From Acidobacteriota bacterium (GTDB lineage Bacteria; Acidobacteriota; Polarisedimenticolia; J045): a DNA stretch of 25,899 bases. Position numbers and translations under genes: made by a program. How positions within the stretch are numbered: the first letter of the stretch is position 1; every line of letters starts with the position of its first letter. The stretch is taken from assembly GCA_027001345.1 (NCBI GenBank), contig JALTMS010000108.1, positions 1 to 25,899 on the forward strand. Reading direction: 5' to 3'. Positions 16,381 to 25,544 of this stretch are shown here, piece by piece. The notes under the pieces were generated by a model, which saw only the letters and a list, made by a program, of their open reading frames with translations, had not been told where the DNA came from and did no database searches.

Positions 16381-17460
16381 ATGGCCAAGACCGTCGTTCA
16401 CGTAGTAGGCACCGGAACCATTGGAGAGCCCCTGATCGGGCTTCTGTGCGACTTCAAGGAAGATCTGGGACTCGACGAGGTCACGTTCCACAAGCGGACC
16501 CCGCTGTATACCGATCGTTCCAAGGTGCGCGCGCTGATCGAGCGCGGAGCGCGCTTCGTCAGCGACTCCAAGGCCTTCGACGGTTTCCGAGAACTCGGCC
16601 TCGAGCCGGAACTCGAGACCTACGAAGCGCTGGACAACGCCACGGTCGTCATCGACTGTACGCCGTCGGGCGTGGGCCAGCAGAACAAAAACGATTACTA
16701 CAGTCGCTTTCAGCACAACACCAAGGGTTTCCTGGCCCAGGGCAGCGAGGCGGGCTTCGGCAAGCCCTACGCGCGCCAGATCAACGACGAGGCACTGATT
16801 CCGGGAGAGGATCAGTTCATCCAGATCGTCTCCTGCAACACCCACAATCTCTCGGTTCTCGTCGATGCCGTCGCGCTGGCCGATGGCGGGCCCGACAACC
16901 TGATCGCCGGGCAGTTCGTCTGCATCCGGCGCGCCAACGACATCAGCCAGGACGGATCCTTCGTCCCCGCACCCGAGGTGGGCAAGCACAAGGATCCCCG
17001 ATTCGGCACGCACCATGCCCAGGATGCCTGGCGGCTGTTCAACACTCTCGGCTACGACCTCGAACTCCACTCGTCGGCGCTGAAGATCAACACTCAGTAC
17101 ATGCACACGATCTGGTTCACGATCACCGTCCGGAACAAGACCTCGGTGGACGACGTCATTGCCCGGATGGAGGCCAACGACCGCATCGCCCTGACCCACA
17201 AGAAGAGCGCGAATTCGGTGTTTTCTTTCGGTCGCGACCACGGACACTTCGGTCGAATCCTCAACCAGGCCGTGGTCCCGCGCCAGACTCTGGCCGTTCG
17301 AAAGGGCGATCGCGGCTACGAGGTCGTCGGCTTCTGTTTCACACCCCAGGACGGCAACAGCCTGCTGTCCTCGGTGGCGGCAGCCTGCTGGATGATCAAT
17401 CCCGAGGACTACAACGAACGGGTACAGTGCCTGGGCAAGTACTTCTTCGACGAGGTCTGA
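16381..17460 (+). CDS. Archaeal-type (class II) glyceraldehyde-3-phosphate dehydrogenase homologue
   Basis: Rossmann VVGTGTIG, VIDCTPSGVG, QGSE, catalytic VSCNTH, IRRAND, THHAQD, MH and QDG are collinear with archaeal GAPDH motifs (GYGTIG, DCTP, QGGE, VSCNTT, RRAAD, SHHGPD, MH, QE). Start at ATG 16381 after GGAGAGG. Confidence 0.75.
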   Translation: MAKTVVHVVGTGTIGEPLIGLLCDFKEDLGLDEVTFHKRTPLYTDRSKVRALIERGARFVSDSKAFDGFRELGLEPELETYEALDNATVVIDCTPSGVGQQNKNDYYSRFQHNTKGFLAQGSEAGFGKPYARQINDEALIPGEDQFIQIVSCNTHNLSVLVDAVALADGGPDNLIAGQFVCIRRANDISQDGSFVPAPEVGKHKDPRFGTHHAQDAWRLFNTLGYDLELHSSALKINTQYMHTIWFTITVRNKTSVDDVIARMEANDRIALTHKKSANSVFSFGRDHGHFGRILNQAVVPRQTLAVRKGDRGYEVVGFCFTPQDGNSLLSSVAAACWMINPEDYNERVQCLGKYFFDEV

Positions 17461-17472
17461 GACGAAAGCGTC

Positions 17473-17499
17473 GGGAGCGGGGCCGCCCGGCCCCCTCCC
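17473..17499. terminator. GC hairpin between convergent genes
   Basis: GGGAG-C-GGGGCC-GCCC-GGCCCC-CTCCC. There is no U-tract, so it is not a canonical intrinsic terminator. Confidence 0.45.
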
Positions 17500-18783
17500 T
17501 CAGGCAACCTTGCGGAAGACGAGCGTGGCGTTGGTGCCGCCAAAGCCGAACGAGTTCGACAGCGCCGCCCCCACCTCTCGCTCTACCGGGCGTCCGGGAG
17601 CAAAGCACTCCCGAGGCAGAGCGATCGGGTCGTCACCCTCGGTCGAGGCGATCCGCGGATCGAGGTGGTCGAGGTTGATCGTTGGAGGACAGACCCCTCG
17701 ATCGACCGCCAGGCAGGAAAACACCGACTCGAGCCCCCCCGCCGCTCCGAGCAGGTGCCCGGTAGCCGACTTGGTCGAAGAAACCACGAGCTTGTCGGCA
17801 TGTTGGCCGAAGACCCGACGTACGGCCCTGGCCTCGATCACGTCCCCGGTGGGCGTCGATGTGCCGTGGGCGTTGACATAGCCGATCTCAGCCGGTGTCA
17901 GACCGGCATCGGCCAGCGCCGCCCGCATCACCCGCACCATCCCGTCGCCGTCGTCGGGAGGGGCAGACATGTGGAAAGCATCACCCGTCGCCCCGAAACC
18001 GGCGACCTCCGCGTAGATCCGGGCTCCCCGGCGCCGGGCGGAGTCCTCGGACTCGAGCAGAAGCAGCCCGCAGCCCTCGGCCATCACGAAGCCGTCGCGA
18101 TCGCGGTCAAAGGGCCGGGAGGCTCTCTCAGGCTCGTCGTTGCGCGTGCTCAGAGCCTTCATGGCGCAGAAGCCGCCGACGGAAAGGGGCGACACGGCGG
18201 CCTCGGTCCCACCGGCGAGAATCAGATCGGCATCGCCGTGCTGAATCATGCGCAACGCATCACCGAGCGCGTGGTTTCCCGTCGCGCAGGCGGTGACCGT
18301 CGCCGAATTCGGTCCCTTCAAGCCGAAGCGCATCGAAACCACGCCGCTGGCCATATTGATGATCATGCCGGGGATCAGGAACGGTGAGAGCCGGCGCGGT
18401 CCCCTCTCGAGGAGCAGGCTGTGCTGCTGCTCGACGAGGGGAATGCCGCCGATTCCCGACCCGATGATCACGCCGAAGCGCTCGCGGTCGATCCGCTCGA
18501 GATCGACCCCCGAGTCGTCGAGAGCCATCTGGGCACAGGCCACGGCGAAGTGAGCAAAGCGCGCCATGCGCTTGGCCTCGCGCGCCTCCATCCACTGCTC
18601 GACATCGAAACCCTTGACCTCCCCCGCGATGCGCGAGGCGAAGGACGAGGCATCGAAGTGGGTGATCGGGGCGATCCCCGAACGTCCCTCGAGCAGAGCC
18701 CTCCAGGAGGACTCTGCATCGAGGCCGAGCGGACTGAGTGCGGACAGCCCGGTAACGAAAACACGCCGGGATGGTGTGCTCAC
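17500..18783 (-). CDS. fabF: 3-oxoacyl-ACP synthase II
   Basis: Cys-His-His triad in TACATG, NAHGTST and GHLLGAAG; SNSFGFGG. GTG start at 18783. Confidence 0.96.
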   Translation of the reverse strand: MSTPSRRVFVTGLSALSPLGLDAESSWRALLEGRSGIAPITHFDASSFASRIAGEVKGFDVEQWMEAREAKRMARFAHFAVACAQMALDDSGVDLERIDRERFGVIIGSGIGGIPLVEQQHSLLLERGPRRLSPFLIPGMIINMASGVVSMRFGLKGPNSATVTACATGNHALGDALRMIQHGDADLILAGGTEAAVSPLSVGGFCAMKALSTRNDEPERASRPFDRDRDGFVMAEGCGLLLLESEDSARRRGARIYAEVAGFGATGDAFHMSAPPDDGDGMVRVMRAALADAGLTPAEIGYVNAHGTSTPTGDVIEARAVRRVFGQHADKLVVSSTKSATGHLLGAAGGLESVFSCLAVDRGVCPPTINLDHLDPRIASTEGDDPIALPRECFAPGRPVEREVGAALSNSFGFGGTNATLVFRKVA

Positions 18784-18802
18784 GCGTTCTCCCGAGTGCC
18801 GA

Positions 18803-19054
18803 TCAGTTGTCCGCTGCGTTGTCCGAGATGAACTTGATCGCATCTCCGACCGTACGAATCTTCTCGGCATCCTCGTCGGAGATCTCGATGCCGAATTCCT
18901 CCTCCAGGGCCATCACCAGCTCGACGACCTCGAGGGAATCGGCTCCCAGATCGTCGGTGAAGGACTTGTCATCCGTCACCGAAGCTGGATCGAGCTTGAA
19001 GCTCTTGGAGATGGTATCGACGACCTTTGCACGGATTTCTTCAGTGGTGACCAT
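18803..19054 (-). CDS. acpP: Acyl carrier protein
   Basis: [19 protein letters not shown] (phosphopantetheine Ser). Confidence 0.97.
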   Translation of the reverse strand: MVTTEEIRAKVVDTISKSFKLDPASVTDDKSFTDDLGADSLEVVELVMALEEEFGIEISDEDAEKIRTVGDAIKFISDNAADN

Positions 19055-19090
19055 CTGGTCAGACCTCCCGCGGGCCTTCGGCCCCGCGTG

Positions 19091-19849
19091 TTACATGTCC
19101 ATACCGCCGTTTACGTCCAACACCTCGCCGGTGATGTAGCTCGCTGCATCCGAAAGCAGGAAAGCCACCGCCGAAGCGATATCCTCCGGTTCCCCGAGCC
19201 GTGCCAATGGCACCAGCTCCAACAGCTTGTTCCGCGCCGCCTCCGGAATCGCCTTCGTCATGTCGGTATCGACGAATCCCGGAGCCACGGCATTGACCGT
19301 AATACCCCTCGATGCCACTTCCCGTGCCAGGGAGCGAACGAAGCCGATCATACCAGCCTTGGATGCGGCATAGTTGCTCTGCCCAGCGTTGCCCATCCGG
19401 GCTACCACACTGGAGAGCATGACGATCCTCCCGAAACGGGAGCGGATCATACCGGGCACGAAAGCCTTTGTCACGAGGTAGGCGCCGGTCAGGTTGGCGT
19501 CGATCACCTCTTGCCACTGGGCAAGGGACATCCGCATCACCAGACCGTCGCGAGTCATACCCGCATTGAGCACCAGCAGATCGAGTCCACCCGCCTGCTT
19601 GATCTCCGCCGCCAGCTCGGCCAGCCGGCTCTCGGCCCGTGCCGGTTCGGACAGGTCGAGGTCCACACCCCGGGCCGAGGGCCCCAACTCGGCGGCCGCC
19701 CGCTCGGCGCTCTCGACGGTCCTGGCGGTGATGATCACCTCGGCCCCGGAGTCGACCAGAGTCTGGGCGATGGCCCTTCCGATACCCCGGGATCCGCCGG
19801 TCACCAGCGCCCGGCGCGAGGCAATCCCCGGCCATTTCATCTCTGTCAT
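19091..19849 (-). CDS. fabG: 3-oxoacyl-ACP reductase
   Basis: TGGSRGIG, NAGMTRD, GNAGQSNYAASK, NAVAPG, NGGM. Confidence 0.96.
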   Translation of the reverse strand: MTEMKWPGIASRRALVTGGSRGIGRAIAQTLVDSGAEVIITARTVESAERAAAELGPSARGVDLDLSEPARAESRLAELAAEIKQAGGLDLLVLNAGMTRDGLVMRMSLAQWQEVIDANLTGAYLVTKAFVPGMIRSRFGRIVMLSSVVARMGNAGQSNYAASKAGMIGFVRSLAREVASRGITVNAVAPGFVDTDMTKAIPEAARNKLLELVPLARLGEPEDIASAVAFLLSDAASYITGEVLDVNGGMDM

Positions 19850-19867
19850 CGGCTCGATCTCCTCCTT

Positions 19868-20809
19868 CTATTCCCCGGCGGCCGCCAGGGCCTTCTCCAT
19901 GCCCTCGGGAGTGCCTGCTGCGAGCACCCTGGGAGCCTCGGGAATCTTGCGGGCCAGACCGGCCAGTACGCGGCCGACCCCCACCTCGACAGCCAACGCC
20001 GCTTCGTAACCCGTCCCCAGGGCCTGCATCGTTCTCGACCAGAGCACGGGAGATGAAACCTGTGCGACGAGCTTTTCCCGCGCCTGCTGGCCCGACGCCA
20101 CGGCCGCCGCGTCTACGTTGGCCAGCACAGGGAAGCTGGGATCACGAAACTCCAGGGTCTCGAGGAAAGCGGCCAGCCGCTGCTGGGCCGGCAGCATCAA
20201 CGGACAGTGGAAAGGCGCAGAGACCGGCAGAGGTACAGCGCGGCGCACGCCGGCCTCCGGTGCCGCCTCCACCGCACGAGCCACGGCGGCAGCATGCCCG
20301 GCAATGACGACCTGCCCGGGAGCGTTGTAGTTGGCGGGGACGAGCACCTCGCCGTCCCGGCGAAGTTCCTCGCACAGTGCCTCGACCACGGCGTCGTCGG
20401 CCCCGATCAGGGCCGCCATCGCCCCCTCCCCCACCGGCACCGCCTGCTGCATCGCCTCACCCCGCAAGCGAACCGCGCGCAGGGCGTCGGCGAAGTCCAG
20501 CACGCCGGCAGCCACCAGGGCCGAGTACTCACCCAGGCTGTGGCCGGCCGCGGCAACCGGTAGCGGCGCCCGCTTCGACCAGGCTGCCCAGGCGGCGACC
20601 GAGACGGTCAGCAGTGCCGGCTGCGTGTTCCGCGTCAAGCGCAAATCTTCTTCCGGCCCCTCGAAACAGAGGGTCGAGAGGGGCTCACCGAGGACCTCGT
20701 CAGCCCGATCAAACACTGCCGCCGACTCGGGAAAGGCCTCGGCCAGCTCACGGCCCATACCTACAACCTGGCTGCCCTGTCCGGGAAAGAGAGCGACGTG
20801 ACGCATCAT
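19868..20809 (-). CDS. fabD: Malonyl CoA-ACP transacylase
   Basis: FPGQGSQ, TQPALL, GHSLGEY, NYNAPGQVV, VSAPFH. Confidence 0.96.
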   Translation of the reverse strand: MMRHVALFPGQGSQVVGMGRELAEAFPESAAVFDRADEVLGEPLSTLCFEGPEEDLRLTRNTQPALLTVSVAAWAAWSKRAPLPVAAAGHSLGEYSALVAAGVLDFADALRAVRLRGEAMQQAVPVGEGAMAALIGADDAVVEALCEELRRDGEVLVPANYNAPGQVVIAGHAAAVARAVEAAPEAGVRRAVPLPVSAPFHCPLMLPAQQRLAAFLETLEFRDPSFPVLANVDAAAVASGQQAREKLVAQVSSPVLWSRTMQALGTGYEAALAVEVGVGRVLAGLARKIPEAPRVLAAGTPEGMEKALAAAGE

Positions 20810-20818
20810 CGGATTCCT

Positions 20819-21844
20819 CTAGAGGATCTGCTGCTCGGCCTGATGGAGCCGCTCGATCTGGGCAGCGATCTTTTCCACCATCCCCGAGTCGACCGCGATC
20901 TCCGCCTGATGCAGCGCGTTGCGAATCGCCTTGGCGTGCGACCGCCCGTGCGCCACCACCGCGACCCGCCGCAGCCCGAGGAGCGGAACGCCTCCGTACT
21001 CGGCATAGTCCATGCGCTTTTTCAGCGTGCGAAACACCGGCCTCATGGCCAGTGCCCCCAGGCGGCGCAACGCCCCCTGACGGACACCTTCGCGCAGTAG
21101 CTCGACGATGGCCTCACCAAGTCCCTCGCTGACCTTCAGCGCGATGTTCCCCACGAAGCCGTCGCAGACCACCACGTCACAGCGACCGCTGTAGAGGTCG
21201 GTGCCCTCCACGTTGCCGATAAAATTGATGTCGGCGTGGCGCAGGATGCGCGCCACCGTCTGCAGCGCCTCCCCGCCCTTGCTCTCTTCTTCCCCCACGC
21301 TGAGCAGCGCCACTCTGGGCTCGGTGATGCCGCACAGCCAGCGGGAATAGTGATAGCCCATCACGGCGAACTGCCGAAAGTGCTCCGGCTTGCACTCGAG
21401 ATTGGCCCCGGCATCCACCAGCACCGTCTTCCCCCCTCCCCTCCGGGGCAGAGGCGCCGGTAGTGCCGGCCGGTCCACACCGGCGATCACGCCCATGATG
21501 ACCTTGCACATCGCCATCATCGCGCCCGTGTGCCCGGCGGAAACGAAGCCCGATGCCAGACCGTCGCGCACCAGCCGCGCCCCGACGTGAATCGAGGAGT
21601 CCCGCTTGGAACGAATCGCCGTCAGCTTGTCTTCGAAGCCGATGACCTGGCTGGCCGGTACGATTTCGACGCTCGCGCCGTTGGTCCAGGTCTGATCGAG
21701 GGACCGGCGAACGACGTTCTCGGGGCCGACGAGCAGCACCTTGCGACCCGTGCGGCGGGCGTAATCCACCCCTCCCTTCACGCACTCCAGCGGCGCATGA
21801 TCGCCGCCCATGGCGTCGAGGGCGAGAGGCAGGTGGTCACTCAC
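20819..21844 (-). CDS. plsX: Phosphate acyltransferase PlsX
   Basis: LDAMGGDHAP, SAGHTGA, DRPAL, DAGAN, NVEG, DGFVGN, HGRS. Confidence 0.96.
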   Translation of the reverse strand: MSDHLPLALDAMGGDHAPLECVKGGVDYARRTGRKVLLVGPENVVRRSLDQTWTNGASVEIVPASQVIGFEDKLTAIRSKRDSSIHVGARLVRDGLASGFVSAGHTGAMMAMCKVIMGVIAGVDRPALPAPLPRRGGGKTVLVDAGANLECKPEHFRQFAVMGYHYSRWLCGITEPRVALLSVGEEESKGGEALQTVARILRHADINFIGNVEGTDLYSGRCDVVVCDGFVGNIALKVSEGLGEAIVELLREGVRQGALRRLGALAMRPVFRTLKKRMDYAEYGGVPLLGLRRVAVVAHGRSHAKAIRNALHQAEIAVDSGMVEKIAAQIERLHQAEQQIL

Positions 21845-21853
21845 CGCAGACCC

Positions 21854-22039
21854 CTAGTCGGCTTCTTCGGTAGAGAGGATTTCTTTGCCCTTGTAGTGCC
21901 CGCAAGAGGGACAGATCCTGTGGGGCAGCTTGAGTTCCTGGCAGTTGGGGCAAACGCTCATACCCGGGGTGCGCAGAGCATGATGTGCGCGACGCTTGTC
22001 ACGCCGTGCCTTCGAAGTGCGCCGCTTGGGATTCGCCAT
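21854..22039 (-). CDS. rpmF: 50S ribosomal protein L32
   Basis: [19 protein letters not shown], with CPNC...CPSC zinc ribbon. Confidence 0.97.
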   Translation of the reverse strand: MANPKRRTSKARRDKRRAHHALRTPGMSVCPNCQELKLPHRICPSCGHYKGKEILSTEEAD

Positions 22040-22042
22040 GGA

Positions 22043-22612
22043 TCACTTTCCTCCGGGAGGATCCTGCTCCTCCCCGCCATTTCCGTTCCACTTCCGCGCC
22101 ACTTCGGCGAGAGCAGAGAGCCTGCCATCGACCGCATCGCCGCAGCGGCAAGTGGCCTGGTTCAGATTCATGCCACACGAAGCGCACAGGCCCCGGCAGT
22201 CGTCGTCACAGAGTACCTTCACCGGCAGGGCCAGGTCGATCTGCTCGCGCAGCAGCGCCGCCAGATCGACCTTCTGACCGACGACCGGGAAGAGATCCAC
22301 ATCGGACTCTCCGGCGTTCCGTTCGCTGGCACGTTCCTCCGCGTCAGCCTCTCCCTCCGGCCTGAGGAAAAGGCGAAAATGCCCCTCGAGGGCCTGCTCG
22401 AAGGCCTCCAGGCAACGTGAGCAATGCAGCCTGACCAGGGCAGCATACTCGCCCTTGGCCTCGATACCCCGCCGGGTCGGCGCCAGACGAGCCTGGAGGC
22501 ACACGTTCCGGGCCTCCACGCGCTGGCCACCGGCCCACTCGAAAGCAGGCACATCGACCCGCAGGTCGAGGCTCACGCCCGCAGGCCCCAACTCGCTGAT
22601 ATCAAAAAGCAT
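22043..22612 (-). CDS. yceD: DUF177/YceD family protein
   Basis: CSRCL, LALPVKVLCDDDCRGLCASCGMNLN, CRC, DGRLSAL; canonical position upstream of rpmF. Confidence 0.92.
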   Translation of the reverse strand: MLFDISELGPAGVSLDLRVDVPAFEWAGGQRVEARNVCLQARLAPTRRGIEAKGEYAALVRLHCSRCLEAFEQALEGHFRLFLRPEGEADAEERASERNAGESDVDLFPVVGQKVDLAALLREQIDLALPVKVLCDDDCRGLCASCGMNLNQATCRCGDAVDGRLSALAEVARKWNGNGGEEQDPPGGK

Positions 22613-22635
22613 CGTCTGACCTCGAGGGCGCGCGG

Positions 22636-22644
22636 ATTATAGCA
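22636..22644 (-). promoter_or_regulatory. Extended -10 promoter for yceD-rpmF-plsX-fab
   Basis: TG-C-TATAAT on the minus strand, 23 nt upstream of the yceD ATG. Confidence 0.7.
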
Positions 22645-22683
22645 GGCCCCACAGCCGGGGCAAGCTGCCTGTCGAGCCGCCGG

Positions 22684-23400
22684 CTAGACTCCCGAGCCGC
22701 CCGCCGACAGTCGCCGGACACGTTCCCGGACGCGACGCACGTAGCTGCGCGTCTCCTGGTAGGGCGGGATCCCTCCGAAGCGGCGCACGGCCCCCTCGCC
22801 CGCGTTGTAGGCTGCCAGCGCCAGATCCAGATCTCCCTCGAAGCGCTCGAGCATGCGCCGCAGCCAGGCCGCCCCCGCGTCGATGTTCTGCTCCGGATCG
22901 TAAGGATCCTCCACGGCCAGCTCGTCTGCAGTGGCGGGCATCAATTGCATCAGCCCCATCGCCCCCTTCGGGCTGAGAGCCAGGGGGTCGAGACCGCTTT
23001 CTACCGCGGCGACGGCCAGCAGCAACGCCGGCTCGAGATCGTGCCGCTCGGCGGCCTGCTGGAAGAACGCCTCGAAAGGCCCCGCCTGCTCGCGCCAGCC
23101 GGCCTTCTTGGGCGGGGGCGGAGGCGGGGGCTCGGGCTCGTCCCGCAACACCCGCAGCACCTGGCTACGCGCGACCCGAATCAGGTTGTCACCACTGAGA
23201 TGAAGATCGAGCCACTGACCGTGAGCTTCGACGGACTCGACCACCAGTATCCGATGGTCGGTGAAGACCACCCGATCGGCATGGGCCCAGGGCGCGAACG
23301 TTGCGGAGAGCAGGCCGGCGAAGCCGAGGATTCGCCACCATGCGGTCCCCCGGGCCACCGCGGCCCGGCGCTGCTCGCCGATCGTTCTGCGTTCGCTCAT
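22684..23400 (-). CDS. Secreted lytic transglycosylase (SLT domain)
   Basis: Signal-like segment ending in AHA, catalytic VESG, GAMGLMQLMP, AAYNAG, ETRSYV. Confidence 0.9.
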   Translation of the reverse strand: MSERRTIGEQRRAAVARGTAWWRILGFAGLLSATFAPWAHADRVVFTDHRILVVESVEAHGQWLDLHLSGDNLIRVARSQVLRVLRDEPEPPPPPPPKKAGWREQAGPFEAFFQQAAERHDLEPALLLAVAAVESGLDPLALSPKGAMGLMQLMPATADELAVEDPYDPEQNIDAGAAWLRRMLERFEGDLDLALAAYNAGEGAVRRFGGIPPYQETRSYVRRVRERVRRLSAGGSGV

Positions 23401-23448
23401 CGATCCTTCGTCGCTCCCACGGCTTCCCCCCGCTCCGTCTCCCTCCCC

Positions 23449-25212
23449 TCAGCTACGCTCGAAGCGGGAGTTGAGAGAAGAAAGGTCGATCCGCAGGGAG
23501 ATCACGCGTCCATGGGGGCAGTGGCTCGGGCACTCGCAGGCCTCGAGCCCTCCCAGAAGGTAGTTCATTTTCTCCGGACCGAGAGGGTACCCCTTCTTGA
23601 CCGCCGCGTGACAGGCCACCGTGGCCAGCAGGTGGTCGAAGAGATCGACCGGCGCGGCTGCGTCCCCCCGATCAAATCGAGCCAGCAGATCGGCCAGAGC
23701 CTCGGGCCGCGCCTGCTCGCCGAAGACGGCCGGAACCTCTCGAACGATCAGCGATGTCTCGCCGAAAAGGTCGAAGCGGAATCCCAGACGCTCGAGTACC
23801 TCACCCTGCTCGGCGGCCAGTTCCAGCTCTCGGGGCCCGAGTTCCAGTGGGCGGGGAAACATCAGCCCTTGCCGAGGCAGCGGCCCGGCCGCCGCCTGAC
23901 GGGAGAGTTGCTCGTAGAGCAGGCGTTCGTGGGCTACGTGCTGATCGACGATCAGCAGACCCCGGGCATCCTCGGCAACGATGAAGGTGTTGCGGAACTG
24001 GGCCAGGGCCCGAGGTGCATCGGACACCAGAGCCCCCTGGCCCTGCCCGTCCGCGCACGTCGGCTCCCCCTCGTCGGCCACCGTCGGAGCGGGGCTCGTC
24101 GATGCGGACTCCTCCCGGACCGGCGGTGCGACGGCCGCGGGCCCCACTGCGCCGATAGCCGCTGGCTCGAAGCGATCCCCTCCCACCCCGAACTGTTCGC
24201 GGCCGAAGCTGGGGATCGCGGCGCGACTGGCCAGAGCCTGCTGGAGCCCCCCGATGATCAGGGCGCGAATCTGGCCTGGCCGATGGAAACGCACCTCGCT
24301 CTTGGCGGGATGGACGTTGACATCGACCTCTTCCGGCGGCACTTCGAGCCAGACCACGACCACCGGGAAACGCCCCGAAGGCAGCATCGGGCGATAAACG
24401 TCGAGCACCGCCCTGACCAGCAGGGGATCGCGCACCGGGCGAGCGTTGAGAAAGAGGTGAACCCCATCGCGACTGGCCCGAGCCAGATCGGCGGGACCGG
24501 CCCAGGCCCGCAGAGCCAGGGCTCCGACCTGCCTCTGCACCTCGACCAGTCGCCGCGCTGCAGCCGCCCCGACGATGCCCGCGATCCGCTCCGCCGGCTG
24601 CTGCCCCTCCGGCAGAGCCAGCAGGGTGCGCTCCGCCTGTCGCAGGCGGAAACCCACCTCGGGACGTGCCATCGCCGCCCGCCGCACGGCTTTCAGGCAG
24701 TGATCGAGTTCGGTCGCGGGCGTCTTGAGGAACTTGCGCCGAGCCGGAATGCCGGCAAACAGGTCCATCACCCCCACCGTCGTGCCCCGGGCGCGGGAGG
24801 CCGGATCGACCCGCAAGAGCCTTCCCTGCTCGATCAGCACCCGGGTAGCCCGGCCAGAGTCGTCTTCCGCAGAAAGCAGCTCGACCCGGGAGACGGCAGC
24901 CGTGGCGGCCAGAGCTTCACCGCGGAACCCGAGGGTGGCGATCCGTTCGAGATCCTCTCCGACGCGGATCTTGCTCGTGGCATGACGCTCGAAGGCCAGC
25001 AGGGCGTCATCGCGCCCCATGCCACAACCGTCATCGCTGACTCGAACCAGCTCCCGACCCCCGCCCGCCAGGCTGATTTCGACCTTGTTCGCTCCAGCAT
25101 CGAGGGCATTGTCGAGCAGCTCGCGGAGCACCGATGCGGGCCGCTCGACCACCTCCCCCGCAGCGATCCGGTCCGCCACCGCCTGCTCGAGCACCTTGAT
25201 TCTTCCCACCAT
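23449..25212 (-). CDS. mutL: DNA mismatch repair protein MutL (endonuclease-containing type)
   Basis: IAAGEVVERPASVLRELLDNALDAG, GFRGEAL, DVNVHPAK, endonuclease DQHVAHERLLYE, clamp-binding-like QGLMFP, ACH, CPHGR. Start ATG 25212 with GGGAGG RBS. Confidence 0.96.
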   Translation of the reverse strand: MVGRIKVLEQAVADRIAAGEVVERPASVLRELLDNALDAGANKVEISLAGGGRELVRVSDDGCGMGRDDALLAFERHATSKIRVGEDLERIATLGFRGEALAATAAVSRVELLSAEDDSGRATRVLIEQGRLLRVDPASRARGTTVGVMDLFAGIPARRKFLKTPATELDHCLKAVRRAAMARPEVGFRLRQAERTLLALPEGQQPAERIAGIVGAAAARRLVEVQRQVGALALRAWAGPADLARASRDGVHLFLNARPVRDPLLVRAVLDVYRPMLPSGRFPVVVVWLEVPPEEVDVNVHPAKSEVRFHRPGQIRALIIGGLQQALASRAAIPSFGREQFGVGGDRFEPAAIGAVGPAAVAPPVREESASTSPAPTVADEGEPTCADGQGQGALVSDAPRALAQFRNTFIVAEDARGLLIVDQHVAHERLLYEQLSRQAAAGPLPRQGLMFPRPLELGPRELELAAEQGEVLERLGFRFDLFGETSLIVREVPAVFGEQARPEALADLLARFDRGDAAAPVDLFDHLLATVACHAAVKKGYPLGPEKMNYLLGGLEACECPSHCPHGRVISLRIDLSSLNSRFERS

Positions 25213-25488
25213 CGCCTCCCGAGCCGGACGCCGCGCTCGACGGCCCATTATCCCGTCTGTCCGCATTCCGTGCCCGCAAGCCAGACTGATCGCAGGCCGA
25301 GAAAGGTCTTTTGTCTTCAGCGAGATTGTGCTAGATTCCGCCGGCTCCGGAACCTGCTTTCCGGGCTCGGGCCTGCCCGTGGGCCCAACTAAACAGGCAG
25401 TATGGCCTTCGTTAGATGCCAACGAGGCATCCCGCGTCAAAGTGGCGCACCAGAAAGGCGAAAAAGGCCGTTTTTGACCCCCCAAAGA

Positions 25489-25504
25489 TGGCATACAGGT
25501 TGCA
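25489..25504 (+). promoter_or_regulatory. sigma-54 (RpoN) -24/-12 promoter
   Basis: TGGCAT-ACAGG-TTGCA versus consensus TGGCAC-N5-TTGCW, with exact GG/GC spacing, 40 nt before the ATG at 25545. Confidence 0.8.
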
Positions 25505-25544
25505 ATAGCATGGGCGGGACGAGAAACCCGCCGAGGTAAAGCTG

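Noticed and set aside
22945-25392. 815-aa plus-strand ORF
   Set aside because: Antisense shadow of mutL and the SLT gene, with no motifs.
25213-25544. Frameshifted or pseudogenised sigma regions 2-3 upstream of the sigma4 ORF
   Set aside because: The interval is too short, no region-2 motif was seen by eye, and it is occupied by promoter-like elements.
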